The translations under genes and the position numbers were made by a program. This document shows positions 46,023 to 55,244 of a stretch of 64,000 nucleotides of DNA, piece after piece. Positions within the stretch are counted from its first letter, which is position 1; each line of letters opens with the position of its first letter. This DNA is from Escherichia phage vB_EcoP_PhAPEC7, in sequence record NC_024790.1; one strand, written 5' to 3'. A model generated the notes under the pieces. That model saw only the letters and a list, made by a program, of their open reading frames with translations, made no database searches and was not told the DNA's origin.

Positions 46023-47225
46023 TTACAGAGGAGCAACAGTCTTAATCAGAGCCAGACGTTCTGGACGTTTAACCAGAATACCGTAGTACCACTTGATGGA
46101 ACTGAAGCCAGTCTCACCATACGGGTCATTACGGTCAGCAGTTTCTCGACCAGGCATCTTAGTCATAATGGAGAACTTAACAGACTTACCATCAGTCTGG
46201 AAGCCAATGGTAGAGAAGGAGTCATCACCAACTACCAGCATCGGGAATACGTCGTAGTGTTCTTGGCCACTAACCATAGAAGAACGGTAACCTGGGTTAG
46301 TAGTAACCTGAGCACCAGCACCTGCCCAATGAAGCATCTCAGGAACCTGGATAATACGGAACTTGTCGATACAACCAATTTCGCCGTTCATCAGAGTACC
46401 AGCATCAGCATAGTGCTGAACCTCAATGAATGCTTTGTTGCCGAACAGGTCTTTCATCGCTTTCAGTTCTGGAACCAGTTCAGAACCAACATACATTACA
46501 CGAGTACCACCAAGTACTTTGGTATCAGTAAGTTTAGAACCAGTGATAATAGTAGTCTGAGTCGGGGTACGGTTCTCAGTAAGAATCTGGTCAAGACGCA
46601 TCAGGTTCTTATAAGAAACTACAGAAGGGGTAGCACCTTCACCAGTGATAGTAGCATCGGAAGTAGCAGCACCTGCATACAGTACAGTACCGGCAGCAGC
46701 CAACAGGTCTTTCTGGAGAACAGCTTCAGTCAACTGTACAGCACCGTTCATCAGTTCACGAGACAGGTGTTCTTTAAGTTGGTCATCAGAATCAAAGTCC
46801 AGAGACTCTTGAGTAAATTCGTAGAAGAAACCGAACTTATGGATGGAACCTTCACGAGACAGACGAGTAAAGCCTACACGGTTAACACGACCACCGTTCT
46901 CTGTCAGCAGAGGCAGTTTAGAGGTGATGTTACCAACGTCTCTGGAAGAACCATACAGGTTACCGTTAACGATGGTAGCACCATTAGCATCAATACCCTG
47001 GTCGTTGATGTTCTTATCGTCGAGCAGTGGAACGTACTCATACACCTTAACAGTCTTACCGTAGTTCTTCGGCATGTTAATGGTGTTAGCCAATGGCATG
47101 AAGTACTGATCTTTACGGGACTGAATAATAGCTTTCTTCAGCCAGTAATAGGTATTCATCTGGTCGGAACCAGCACCATCAATGCTAGATTTCTGACCGT
47201 CAATTGGGGCGTTATAGTTTAACAT
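46023..47225 (-). CDS. Major capsid protein (N4 gp56-like)
   Basis: 400 aa (N4 major capsid protein is about 401 aa) at the expected position between vRNAP-side virion genes and the portal. The overlapping 472-aa plus-strand ORF has antisense-like composition. Confidence 0.7.
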   Translation of the reverse strand: MLNYNAPIDGQKSSIDGAGSDQMNTYYWLKKAIIQSRKDQYFMPLANTINMPKNYGKTVKVYEYVPLLDDKNINDQGIDANGATIVNGNLYGSSRDVGNITSKLPLLTENGGRVNRVGFTRLSREGSIHKFGFFYEFTQESLDFDSDDQLKEHLSRELMNGAVQLTEAVLQKDLLAAAGTVLYAGAATSDATITGEGATPSVVSYKNLMRLDQILTENRTPTQTTIITGSKLTDTKVLGGTRVMYVGSELVPELKAMKDLFGNKAFIEVQHYADAGTLMNGEIGCIDKFRIIQVPEMLHWAGAGAQVTTNPGYRSSMVSGQEHYDVFPMLVVGDDSFSTIGFQTDGKSVKFSIMTKMPGRETADRNDPYGETGFSSIKWYYGILVKRPERLALIKTVAPL

Positions 47226-47241
47226 ATCATCTTATTCCTGT

Positions 47242-48462
47242 TTAAAGACTACCCGGTACTGGGAGTTTAGCGAAATCTTCATCACTCATAGCTAGTGGGT
47301 TTACAATAGGTGTTGCTTTACGTGTAGCAGCCCGATTAAGGGAAGCTGCTTTAGCTTGCTCGCTGTTAGCCAGAGTCTGCTTAGGTTGTGCTACACGCAC
47401 TACCGGCTGAACTACTGGTTTAACTGCTTGTACCGGTTCAGGCTTAGTCACTCGGTTAAATGCCCCTTGTTGTGCAAGGAGGTTACCGACGTGGTTATAA
47501 GCCTGAATGAACGGAGTACCTACCGGAATCTGGCCTAACATCTGAAGACGGTTCACTTCGTTTGCAATGGTGTCATAAATACCATTCTCACGTTGTTCGT
47601 GAATAGTCTGGAGTAGGCCACGATTCTGGTAAAGAGCATCTTTACTGGCAGCATCCCATGTCGAGCCGATAACACCTAATGTAGCTTGTCCTTCTTGAGT
47701 AGACTTTAAGTCGTCAATTTCGGTTGCAAAATCTGCTTCGGTGTCGGTAACACGGTGATTGCCACCCTGGTAGTTAATTTCCTCATCTGGGTTAAAATCC
47801 AGAGGGTCTGTACCAGAGTCTTTGAGCAACTTCTTAATGGCTTCGGGATTCTTTTTATCCAGGTCAATCAGGAAAGAAAGTTTATCCTCATCCATTAAAC
47901 CGTTGTTCTGTAACATCAGCATTACCTTACGGTAAGGCTTTAGTTCTTGCATCTTACGAGTATAGTTAGCACCCATCTGCATCAGGCTAATGGCCTCCTC
48001 CGGTGAACGGGGAGTAATCACTTTGCCGTTAGCTTTAAAAGGAGCCATCAACTTTTCGTAACTTTCCTTATAGTTGAAGTCAGCAGGCAGACCTTCAGAC
48101 TGTTTGCCTTCTTCTTTCTGTTCCTGGCCTGGTTCAGTAGTAGAAGGTTCAGCTTTAGTAATCGGCTCGCCGTTACTATCAACTTCTGTGTCAACAACTT
48201 TATCATCAACTTTATCAGAAGTTAAAGGATTTGCTGAATCTTCTTCATCTGGTTCGGCTTCAGGGGGGGTTTCTTCGGTTGGTGGGTCTTCAACAGCAGG
48301 GGTGTCAACTTCTTCATCAGGAGTCTGTACGCCGTTGGTTTCTGGGTTGTTCTGAGTGGAAGTGTCTTCCTCAGCAATAATTGCTGGGGCTTCCATATTC
48401 AGAATCTCATCATCCGACATTGCGAGAATGTCGGAAGCTGTGGTTGCAGCTTCCGTAGTCAT
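47242..48462 (-). CDS. Putative scaffolding/assembly protein
   Basis: 406 aa with acidic Pro/Glu-rich N-terminus; between portal and capsid genes. Confidence 0.35.
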   Translation of the reverse strand: MTTEAATTASDILAMSDDEILNMEAPAIIAEEDTSTQNNPETNGVQTPDEEVDTPAVEDPPTEETPPEAEPDEEDSANPLTSDKVDDKVVDTEVDSNGEPITKAEPSTTEPGQEQKEEGKQSEGLPADFNYKESYEKLMAPFKANGKVITPRSPEEAISLMQMGANYTRKMQELKPYRKVMLMLQNNGLMDEDKLSFLIDLDKKNPEAIKKLLKDSGTDPLDFNPDEEINYQGGNHRVTDTEADFATEIDDLKSTQEGQATLGVIGSTWDAASKDALYQNRGLLQTIHEQRENGIYDTIANEVNRLQMLGQIPVGTPFIQAYNHVGNLLAQQGAFNRVTKPEPVQAVKPVVQPVVRVAQPKQTLANSEQAKAASLNRAATRKATPIVNPLAMSDEDFAKLPVPGSL

Positions 48463-48481
48463 AGGAAATATCTCCGGTTAA

Positions 48482-48826
48482 TTATTCGTCTTCAGGTTCA
48501 GCACGAACTGCATCGAGTTCTTCTTCTACCTGTAGAATAACGTCAGCTTCGTTTTCGCCCATACGAATAGCGAGGTCGAGCCAACGACGTAAGTGCCCAG
48601 CAGCTTGAGCCATGTTCAATGCATCTGCACGGTTGTTGGCTTCAAGCAGTGGGTCACCAGACTCTTGCACGTAACGTGCACAATCTTCAGTACAGAACTG
48701 GCGAAGGATTACTTTACGGAACAGTGGATTCTCCAGAAGTTTACGTACATCTTCTGCATGTGCAACTGCACCTTTAGCAGCTTCTAGTCGATGTTCCAGT
48801 CCAGCGATTGTTGATTCTTTACTCAT
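48482..48826 (-). CDS. Hypothetical protein
   Basis: 114-aa ORF in the head module. Confidence 0.3.
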   Translation of the reverse strand: MSKESTIAGLEHRLEAAKGAVAHAEDVRKLLENPLFRKVILRQFCTEDCARYVQESGDPLLEANNRADALNMAQAAGHLRRWLDLAIRMGENEADVILQVEEELDAVRAEPEDE

Positions 48827-48839
48827 GTGAAGGTCTGCC

Positions 48840-51110
48840 TTACAGGTTCATGCCAAGAGCCGATGCTGGGTCTTGGCTAGGGTCATAGTATTGGGAACTA
48901 AGTGAATAAGCCGGGTCTTGTTGAGCAGCTAAATCACGTTCTGGTATAGAGTTCCCGTTAGTCAAAGTATTATATCCAACAGCTGCAGATATGTTGGGGG
49001 TAGTTTCCCCTTCTTTAATAGGTGTTGTCAATGCCTTAGTTATCTGAAGATTCTGGTTTCCTTGAGATTGTGCTTTTTGTTTTTCCATATCACGGGCATG
49101 TTTAGTACCAGATTCCTGTTCCAGATAATCCAGGTCTTTAAGGTCACCAGCAGAAGCAGCCTCTTTAGCCTTAGCCATATTGAGTGCAATCTTGCTTTGT
49201 AACTCTTCATTCTCAAGCTGTGCTTTCTGAATTGCCAATTGCTTAAGCTGCTCTTCCATAGGGTCTGGCTGTGGTTGCCAAGTACGTAATTCATGAGCCA
49301 AGTCAGGCATACGTTTAAGTTCTGCAATCTTAGCTACGAGAGATAACGTAATAGTCTGGTCAACCGTATTACCCAATGTTTGAACCATGAAGCTCAAATC
49401 CTGGGATTTCTGGTTATCAATTTCAGCAGTGTTAATATCAACTTCAATATCGAAGTTACCTTTAAGGTCTTCACGGTTAATCTCTACGTACTGCTCGTTA
49501 GTAATACGTACTACTTCCTTCTCAGATAAGAACACGGCATTCATTGCACAAATCTTAGTGCCAATGTCTGCCATACCCTTAGCTAATCGGCGAAGGATTG
49601 CCATCTCACGTTTGGATGCTGCATCAAGTGCACCACGAATACCAGCAGCCACGTCTCCATAAGCTGAACCAGTTACACCACCAGAGAATGCTTTAACACC
49701 AGTTAGGGATTCTGCTTCCTGGTTTTGCATCTGGGTCATTACTATTGCTGACTGAGGTAACTCAGGGAACTTATGTTCCATAATGGCCTGACTAGGATTG
49801 CCCTGCATTGGGTTATATTCATAGTCTTGTCCATCGTCATATCGACGTCGGTTTAGTGTATCCAGCATCCCTTTAGGATAACCACGTTGACCATTTGCAC
49901 TTCGACCTAACAGGTCAATCATCCCACGCATAGTTGCACCAAGAATTGCTTGGTTATCTCCTAATAGTTCAGCATCAGCTTCGCCAAAGAGTTCACGTTT
50001 ACGTGGCATGTAAGGAACAACTACTAAAGGTAACTTACCATCCGGGAATGGGTTCTTCTCCATACGAATAAGAGTAGAACCAATCCAGGTAGCAACAATA
50101 GGTTCCAGAGAACCATCATCATTGATGTCGTAAAATCCCCAGTATTCATAAGCGACAACTTTCTTGCGAAGTGCATCCTTAAACTGGAAGTCACTTGGAG
50201 TTTTACTTTCATGGTCTGGGTCAGTCATAGGACTGGAACTTTCCCAGTCAATCTTATCTAAATTGTGATAACGGTCCTTGTTCTTCATGAGGTCTGCTTT
50301 GCATGTCTCAAATGAAATAACTGCATACAGAGCCTTATCCAAATCACCATTACAGCTTGGGTCAATAACTACGTTATTGGGATTAAGCATTTCAACGGTA
50401 GGTCTGTTAACCAGTGCCTTCTCTACTTCTACTTCAGTAACCCCAGTCTGGATTGCATAAGTAGCTTCCCCAGTTTCATTGAAGTAGTTAACAGCTTCCT
50501 TAATATCTTCCGGCATAGTTTCATCATACTCACGAGGATTCTCTGCCTGAAGCTGTAAAGCCTGCTGTAGAACATCTGCCTGTTCCTGGTTCTCAATTGG
50601 ATACAACTGGAAGACTGGTGTTTCTGTTTTAATCTTAACAGTCTTACGTTCCCAACCAATACGAGCAATACCAGTACCATCATCTACGACACTGTGTACG
50701 TAATCATCTATCAGTTTCACTTTATTAAGCTGGGTACGGAATTGGTAGTTAAGAACTAATTCATTCTGTCGTGCAGCCAACTCATCTTCAAAAGTAACCG
50801 GAGTTACTTTAAAAAGTTTATTAGACGAAAGGAACGGCTCAGACAATGGAGCGTATCGCCACTCTGCCTGACGACGAACCAGTCTGGGCTGGACTTGTGA
50901 ACGGCCTTTAACCTTTGGGGGTTTAGCCTTACCCTTGACTTCCATCAGGTCATTCCACTCACGAATCTGTGCCATAATCGCTTCGTGAGCAGGTTTAGCT
51001 GATTCCAAATCACCCTTCAGTAATTGGATACTTGGTTCCTTCTTCCAGTCCGTTAGCTTCTCTGATTGAGCCGGGTCTGGTAAAGGCTTAAAAGTGTCTT
51101 GGTGTTCCAT
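48840..51110 (-). CDS. Portal protein (N4 gp59-like)
   Basis: 756 aa (N4 portal is about 763 aa); position between lysis cassette and capsid genes. Confidence 0.6.
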   Translation of the reverse strand: MEHQDTFKPLPDPAQSEKLTDWKKEPSIQLLKGDLESAKPAHEAIMAQIREWNDLMEVKGKAKPPKVKGRSQVQPRLVRRQAEWRYAPLSEPFLSSNKLFKVTPVTFEDELAARQNELVLNYQFRTQLNKVKLIDDYVHSVVDDGTGIARIGWERKTVKIKTETPVFQLYPIENQEQADVLQQALQLQAENPREYDETMPEDIKEAVNYFNETGEATYAIQTGVTEVEVEKALVNRPTVEMLNPNNVVIDPSCNGDLDKALYAVISFETCKADLMKNKDRYHNLDKIDWESSSPMTDPDHESKTPSDFQFKDALRKKVVAYEYWGFYDINDDGSLEPIVATWIGSTLIRMEKNPFPDGKLPLVVVPYMPRKRELFGEADAELLGDNQAILGATMRGMIDLLGRSANGQRGYPKGMLDTLNRRRYDDGQDYEYNPMQGNPSQAIMEHKFPELPQSAIVMTQMQNQEAESLTGVKAFSGGVTGSAYGDVAAGIRGALDAASKREMAILRRLAKGMADIGTKICAMNAVFLSEKEVVRITNEQYVEINREDLKGNFDIEVDINTAEIDNQKSQDLSFMVQTLGNTVDQTITLSLVAKIAELKRMPDLAHELRTWQPQPDPMEEQLKQLAIQKAQLENEELQSKIALNMAKAKEAASAGDLKDLDYLEQESGTKHARDMEKQKAQSQGNQNLQITKALTTPIKEGETTPNISAAVGYNTLTNGNSIPERDLAAQQDPAYSLSSQYYDPSQDPASALGMNL

Positions 51111-51118
51111 AGTTAATC

Positions 51119-51619
51119 CTATTCAAAAAGTTTACGGTCAGCCTGAATTTGTTTACCCAACTCAATTAGTTGGTTGTCACGGAGTCTAACAGTTGCCCTG
51201 AGTTCTTCAACCAAACGTCTGCCTTCTTCAAGACTGCTGTCGAGTCTGGCTGCATGGCTTGCAAGACTTCTGCACTCAAGGGTTCCGGCTTCGGCTTGAC
51301 GTTTATATACCGATGCTCGTCTTTCAGACTGTTGCATCCGGCTGTCGTAATCACTGCTAACGCGAGCAAGCTCGCTTGCGTAATTACTCTCAGCCGTCTG
51401 CAACCGGGAAGTGAGTAACCCGACTTCATAACTATGGTTTCTTTGGAGAGCATTGTATTTGTCCTGTAATTTTTGCGTTGCCTTCTGGTCTTCAACCTTT
51501 TGGGCATCCCACTTCTTTTGAACAGTAGACTGTCCATTGGAATTGCCCCAAAAGTAAATGGTGGCCCCGAGGACCACCACCAGAAGATAAGGCCAACCCT
51601 TAGAGATTAGCATCTTCAT
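51119..51619 (-). CDS. i-spanin (Rz-like)
   Basis: N-terminal transmembrane helix ([16 protein letters not shown]) followed by coiled-coil-like sequence; next to the endolysin; contains an embedded lipoprotein ORF. Start chosen at the internal Met. Confidence 0.5.
   Translation of the reverse strand: MKMLISKGWPYLLVVVLGATIYFWGNSNGQSTVQKKWDAQKVEDQKATQKLQDKYNALQRNHSYEVGLLTSRLQTAESNYASELARVSSDYDSRMQQSERRASVYKRQAEAGTLECRSLASHAARLDSSLEEGRRLVEELRATVRLRDNQLIELGKQIQADRKLFE
51166..51429 (-). CDS. o-spanin (Rz1-like) embedded in the i-spanin gene in another frame
   Basis: Signal sequence with lipobox ([12 protein letters not shown]) then a short Pro-containing domain; lies entirely inside the i-spanin ORF. 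Confidence 0.45.
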   Translation of the reverse strand: MKSGYSLPGCRRLRVITQASLLALAVITTAGCNSLKDEHRYINVKPKPEPLSAEVLQAMQPDSTAVLKKADVWLKNSGQLLDSVTTN

Positions 51620-52235
51620 TACATGCCTCCAGTGGCACATTACCGATTCGGTTAGCTACCCAACCATACGTAAAGTCTGGCATGTTCAATGAGGTGTAGT
51701 GGTTCAGCTGTTTAGCATCAAGTAACTTAATCATTACCTTACATGCTGCAACTTTGCCTCGTTTTTTCTGCAATGCTTTATATGCATTAACAGTACCTGC
51801 ACCGACTTTACCATCAACTTGTACTTTAGGGTAGTCTTTGCCATTACGGGACATTTCATTAAGGGATTGCTGCAACCATTTAGCCGGTCTGGTTACACCA
51901 GTATTAACACCAGCATCAACCAGTTTGTGTGTTACAGCAGGAGATATATCAGCGAAGGCTACGAAGTTAGGCTTAAGAACGTAGTCATCAATGTATATCT
52001 CAGCAGCCATTTCTTTCGATAAACCCTTCATGGAACCATCCCAACCATACTCAGTAGCCAAAACTTCTTTATGAGACTTAGCTACTGATTGAGTAATACC
52101 ATGATTAGTTTCCCCACCTGGGTCACGAGGATTGTTTACGTACCCTCCTTCCATATAGAACACTGCCCCCAGAATAGCAGCGACAACTCCTCCCACTGCA
52201 CCACCTTTTGCAGCAAGTTTTTGTTTAGCTTTCAT
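51600..52235 (-). CDS. Endolysin, N-acetylmuramidase (GH108-like) with SAR-like N-terminus
   Basis: GH108-type motif EGGYVNNPRDPGGETNHGIT; Gly/Ala-rich weakly hydrophobic N-terminal helix (GGAVGGVVAAILGAVFY), typical of signal-anchor-release endolysins. Confidence 0.75.
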   Translation of the reverse strand: MKAKQKLAAKGGAVGGVVAAILGAVFYMEGGYVNNPRDPGGETNHGITQSVAKSHKEVLATEYGWDGSMKGLSKEMAAEIYIDDYVLKPNFVAFADISPAVTHKLVDAGVNTGVTRPAKWLQQSLNEMSRNGKDYPKVQVDGKVGAGTVNAYKALQKKRGKVAACKVMIKLLDAKQLNHYTSLNMPDFTYGWVANRIGNVPLEACNEDANL

Positions 52236-52551
52236 GAGAATCTTCCTTTGGATGGAATCGTATTAGTCTGCCTACAATGTTTAAGGCAAATAGTGCGATT
52301 GTAATACTGGAACCATGTGGAATATCTTCAAGGATGTGACGAGGTAGTCCTGTCAGCATTGGTTGGATAATATCTACAGCAGAAAACAGAATTAATCCAA
52401 ATGCACTAATCTGAACAGATGCCCACTTCCAGGACTTCTTCCAGTTAGGTACTAACCCTATCTTTCTTTTTAGCTTGCAAACCATGCGAATATCTCCCGT
52501 CTTGCAGCAGCCAATACACCAATAAATGCACCTGCTCCAGCCCATACCCAC
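52225..52551 (-). CDS. Putative holin (two transmembrane helices)
   Basis: Two hydrophobic helices (ISAFGLILFSAV; ITIALFALNIVGRLI) directly upstream of the endolysin; true start may be the internal Met near 52485. Confidence 0.35.
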   Translation of the reverse strand: MGMGWSRCIYWCIGCCKTGDIRMVCKLKRKIGLVPNWKKSWKWASVQISAFGLILFSAVDIIQPMLTGLPRHILEDIPHGSSITIALFALNIVGRLIRFHPKEDSHES

Positions 52552-52802
52552 TTACCAAAAATTCCAGCACCGGCAACTTTATGTTTAATAGTGATGAACT
52601 CTTCGATGGTAGGTTCAGACTTAGTGATGCTCTCCTCTACCCGTTTAAGCCGGGTACTAAGGTCGCCCATAGACTCACTTAGCTTTTTAATAGACTCTTC
52701 CATTTTCTCCCTTTCCCTCGATTCACGGGTTTGGTTTTCGAAAATGTTTCTCAGTCTCTCTTCGAGTCTGGCTAGAGTTACGTTATCCGGTTCATTTCCC
52801 AT
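52470..52802 (-). CDS. Membrane-anchored coiled-coil protein (lysis-associated?)
   Basis: Charged helical N-terminal part and one C-terminal transmembrane helix (GIFGKWVWAGAGAFIGVLAA). Confidence 0.3.
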   Translation of the reverse strand: MGNEPDNVTLARLEERLRNIFENQTRESREREKMEESIKKLSESMGDLSTRLKRVEESITKSEPTIEEFITIKHKVAGAGIFGKWVWAGAGAFIGVLAAARREIFAWFAS

Positions 52803-53059
52803 AGGGGATTTCTCAGGTTAGTTAAGTCAGGATTGACTGAAACAGTCTACATAAAGGATTGTTTGCGGTACAACAAAAACCCACCCCTACAGCCTAGTTG
52901 GCAGGTTGGAACCTGAAACATCGAGTAGCAATTGGGTCAACAGCAGTGAACACCAAAACAGTAAAACCCACATGGAGGCAATGAGCCTACGATGGGTCCC
53001 GATAATTCAATACCCTTCTGATGATAAAACTAGCCCCACTTCGGTGGGGCTAGTTTTAA

Positions 53060-55195
53060 TTAAATCAATCCGTAAATGGTATTGTGTATTACGACGCCAC
53101 CAACAACAGAGGAAACGTTGAAATTAATTTCAGCTTTGTAAGCTCCTTGCGGAACGCAATCCACCAAAGCATAAAAGTTGAACGTGTTCCCTACTGGGAT
53201 GATGTACCCTATGGAATCTGCTACAGCATTCCCCAGCTGGTCCAAGAATCTCAATGACACCAGGGTGGTTGTTGTACTCTTAGACCAAAAACCAAATTGA
53301 AAGTAACGCCCAGGTTCACAGTCAATAATTGTTTGGGTGAAGTTAGCTGCTGCGTCAACCGATGGCACAGATAAAACAAAAGAAGTTGAAAACATTAAAT
53401 CATTAGGGACATCGTTTCCTACAGTAGCAGTGACAATGCCGGTTCCGGTTTGCGAGAGTGTCCAGTTAGATATGTTATTAAACTGCCCAGACCCATTACT
53501 AATACTATTAATATAGGGGCTTACAATGCTTCCTAGATTCCAGTTAGTTGTGATGAATCCTGCACGGGGGAAGCACCCACGTGATGTAATCTTCTTACTA
53601 GAGCCACCTACTAACTGACGGGTTGGAAATCCAGTACCTACAGTAGTGTTACCATACAGTGGAAGTGAGCAGTTATTAAAACTAACTACCCCGTCACCGT
53701 TACTAACAATAGGCACTGTACTGTAGCCTTCCGGAAGCAGAAGCGTAGAATCTTTAATACTGAGTCGGGAGCTTCCATTCACAGTAAAGCCTACAAAACT
53801 CTGCCCAGGTTGATACTCAATATTACCGTTAGCAAACACCAAGGTAGCATTATCACCCAATGCCATTACCGGGTCGAAGTAGCCTGCCTTTTTACCTGCT
53901 GGCAATGAGCATGAATCAAAGATGAACTGCCCATTCTCAAAGGTAAATGGACCTCCATTATCAACCATCCAGCAGTGGTTGAACTTTATAACCTCACCTG
54001 CATTAGCCGGGGAATTAAAGATTACAGAGTTAGTAAAACTACGAGAAATGATGCACTTATCAAACAGGACACGATATGCATTATCTTTAAACTCAATACC
54101 CGCAGTAGATATAAACCCGCAGTTAGCTATACGTAATTCTGCTACCTCCCCTGAGGTGCTACCACCCAAACACATCTTTCGAGCACCTTTACCTACAAAG
54201 GAGATTCCTGTTAATAAGGCGGTAGCATTAATGGCATCACGGGCTGTGTAATCTGTATTAGAGTTGGTTACGATTAAGTAATACTCCCCTGTTAAACCTT
54301 CCACTTCCGTAAGGGTACACTTATTAGCTCCTACTAAAGATCCCTTAGCCACATCCAGTACGATAGGTGCACTAATGGTCCCTGAGGTAGGTACAAGACA
54401 GTCGTAACCGGCAGAGTTTACCTTGTTAATGAACGGAGCAATATCCCCCGTACCGGTATACCCAGCATCATACACGTCCACGGTGCCGTTGAAGAATTTC
54501 CTTTTCCATACCACCCCACTTCCTAAGAAGGTAACAATATTGTCTATAGTGGTATCCTCACTAACAGCTACCATAATACCACCACCAAGATTAAACCCGC
54601 TCACATACGAATCAAGGATTATGGAATCGCCGATTGATCCTGATAATGATGATAACTCAGAAACCGATGATGCAGTTCCTATATAAGATAAGCCATTTGG
54701 TTTATTTAAATCACTCCTAAGAGCGTCAACACCAACACTTAACCATGCACCTAAACCAATGTCACCAGTGGTTTTAGGAGTCGAGTTAGCAAGAACTTCT
54801 TTAGGTAGCGTACCATCCCAACGGTATTTACCATCCGTAAAGACAACCAGTTCATTCTTAGTATTAACAGTTACACCAGTAGTAAATGAACCAGGTAAGG
54901 TTACATACTCTTCTCGCGTAACAGCAAGTGCACCTAAGTCTACACTACCAGCAGAGTGAACTAATACCCCAGCAGGACTAAGGCTTACAGCAGTAACCCC
55001 TGGACCAATGTCAGCAGGTAAGGAATAAGCACGTTGTGACGCTTTGTCATAGATGACTTTGTAACCAGTAAGTAGAGCACCCACTGAGAAGTAAACAACA
55101 TCTGATTGCTTAACCCCAAAGTGACGGGCTACTGCTTGTTTATTGGTTAAGATTCCGGTTGAACCTTTACCACCTTGTGAGAACATTTCGTTCAT
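53060..55195 (-). CDS. Tail protein / putative tailspike
   Basis: 711 aa, Gly/Asn/Thr/Ser-rich beta-type composition; in the tail module between lysis genes and the terminase. Confidence 0.4.
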   Translation of the reverse strand: MNEMFSQGGKGSTGILTNKQAVARHFGVKQSDVVYFSVGALLTGYKVIYDKASQRAYSLPADIGPGVTAVSLSPAGVLVHSAGSVDLGALAVTREEYVTLPGSFTTGVTVNTKNELVVFTDGKYRWDGTLPKEVLANSTPKTTGDIGLGAWLSVGVDALRSDLNKPNGLSYIGTASSVSELSSLSGSIGDSIILDSYVSGFNLGGGIMVAVSEDTTIDNIVTFLGSGVVWKRKFFNGTVDVYDAGYTGTGDIAPFINKVNSAGYDCLVPTSGTISAPIVLDVAKGSLVGANKCTLTEVEGLTGEYYLIVTNSNTDYTARDAINATALLTGISFVGKGARKMCLGGSTSGEVAELRIANCGFISTAGIEFKDNAYRVLFDKCIISRSFTNSVIFNSPANAGEVIKFNHCWMVDNGGPFTFENGQFIFDSCSLPAGKKAGYFDPVMALGDNATLVFANGNIEYQPGQSFVGFTVNGSSRLSIKDSTLLLPEGYSTVPIVSNGDGVVSFNNCSLPLYGNTTVGTGFPTRQLVGGSSKKITSRGCFPRAGFITTNWNLGSIVSPYINSISNGSGQFNNISNWTLSQTGTGIVTATVGNDVPNDLMFSTSFVLSVPSVDAAANFTQTIIDCEPGRYFQFGFWSKSTTTTLVSLRFLDQLGNAVADSIGYIIPVGNTFNFYALVDCVPQGAYKAEINFNVSSVVGGVVIHNTIYGLI

Positions 55196-55244
55196 ATAAA
55201 CCTCTTTGTTTTTCTAGGAAACCCCTCCGAAGAGGGGCCGTATA

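Noticed and set aside
45804-47222. 472-aa plus-strand ORF
   Set aside because: It lies antisense to the 400-aa capsid gene on the minus strand and has low-complexity Ser/Thr/Val/Leu-rich composition typical of antisense frames, whereas the minus-strand product has ordinary protein composition and the expected size and position.
51166-51537. Full 123-aa reading of the embedded minus-strand ORF as an independent protein
   Set aside because: Only the portion from the internal Met (about 51429) has a signal peptide and lipobox; the upstream part is probably untranslated frame within the i-spanin gene.
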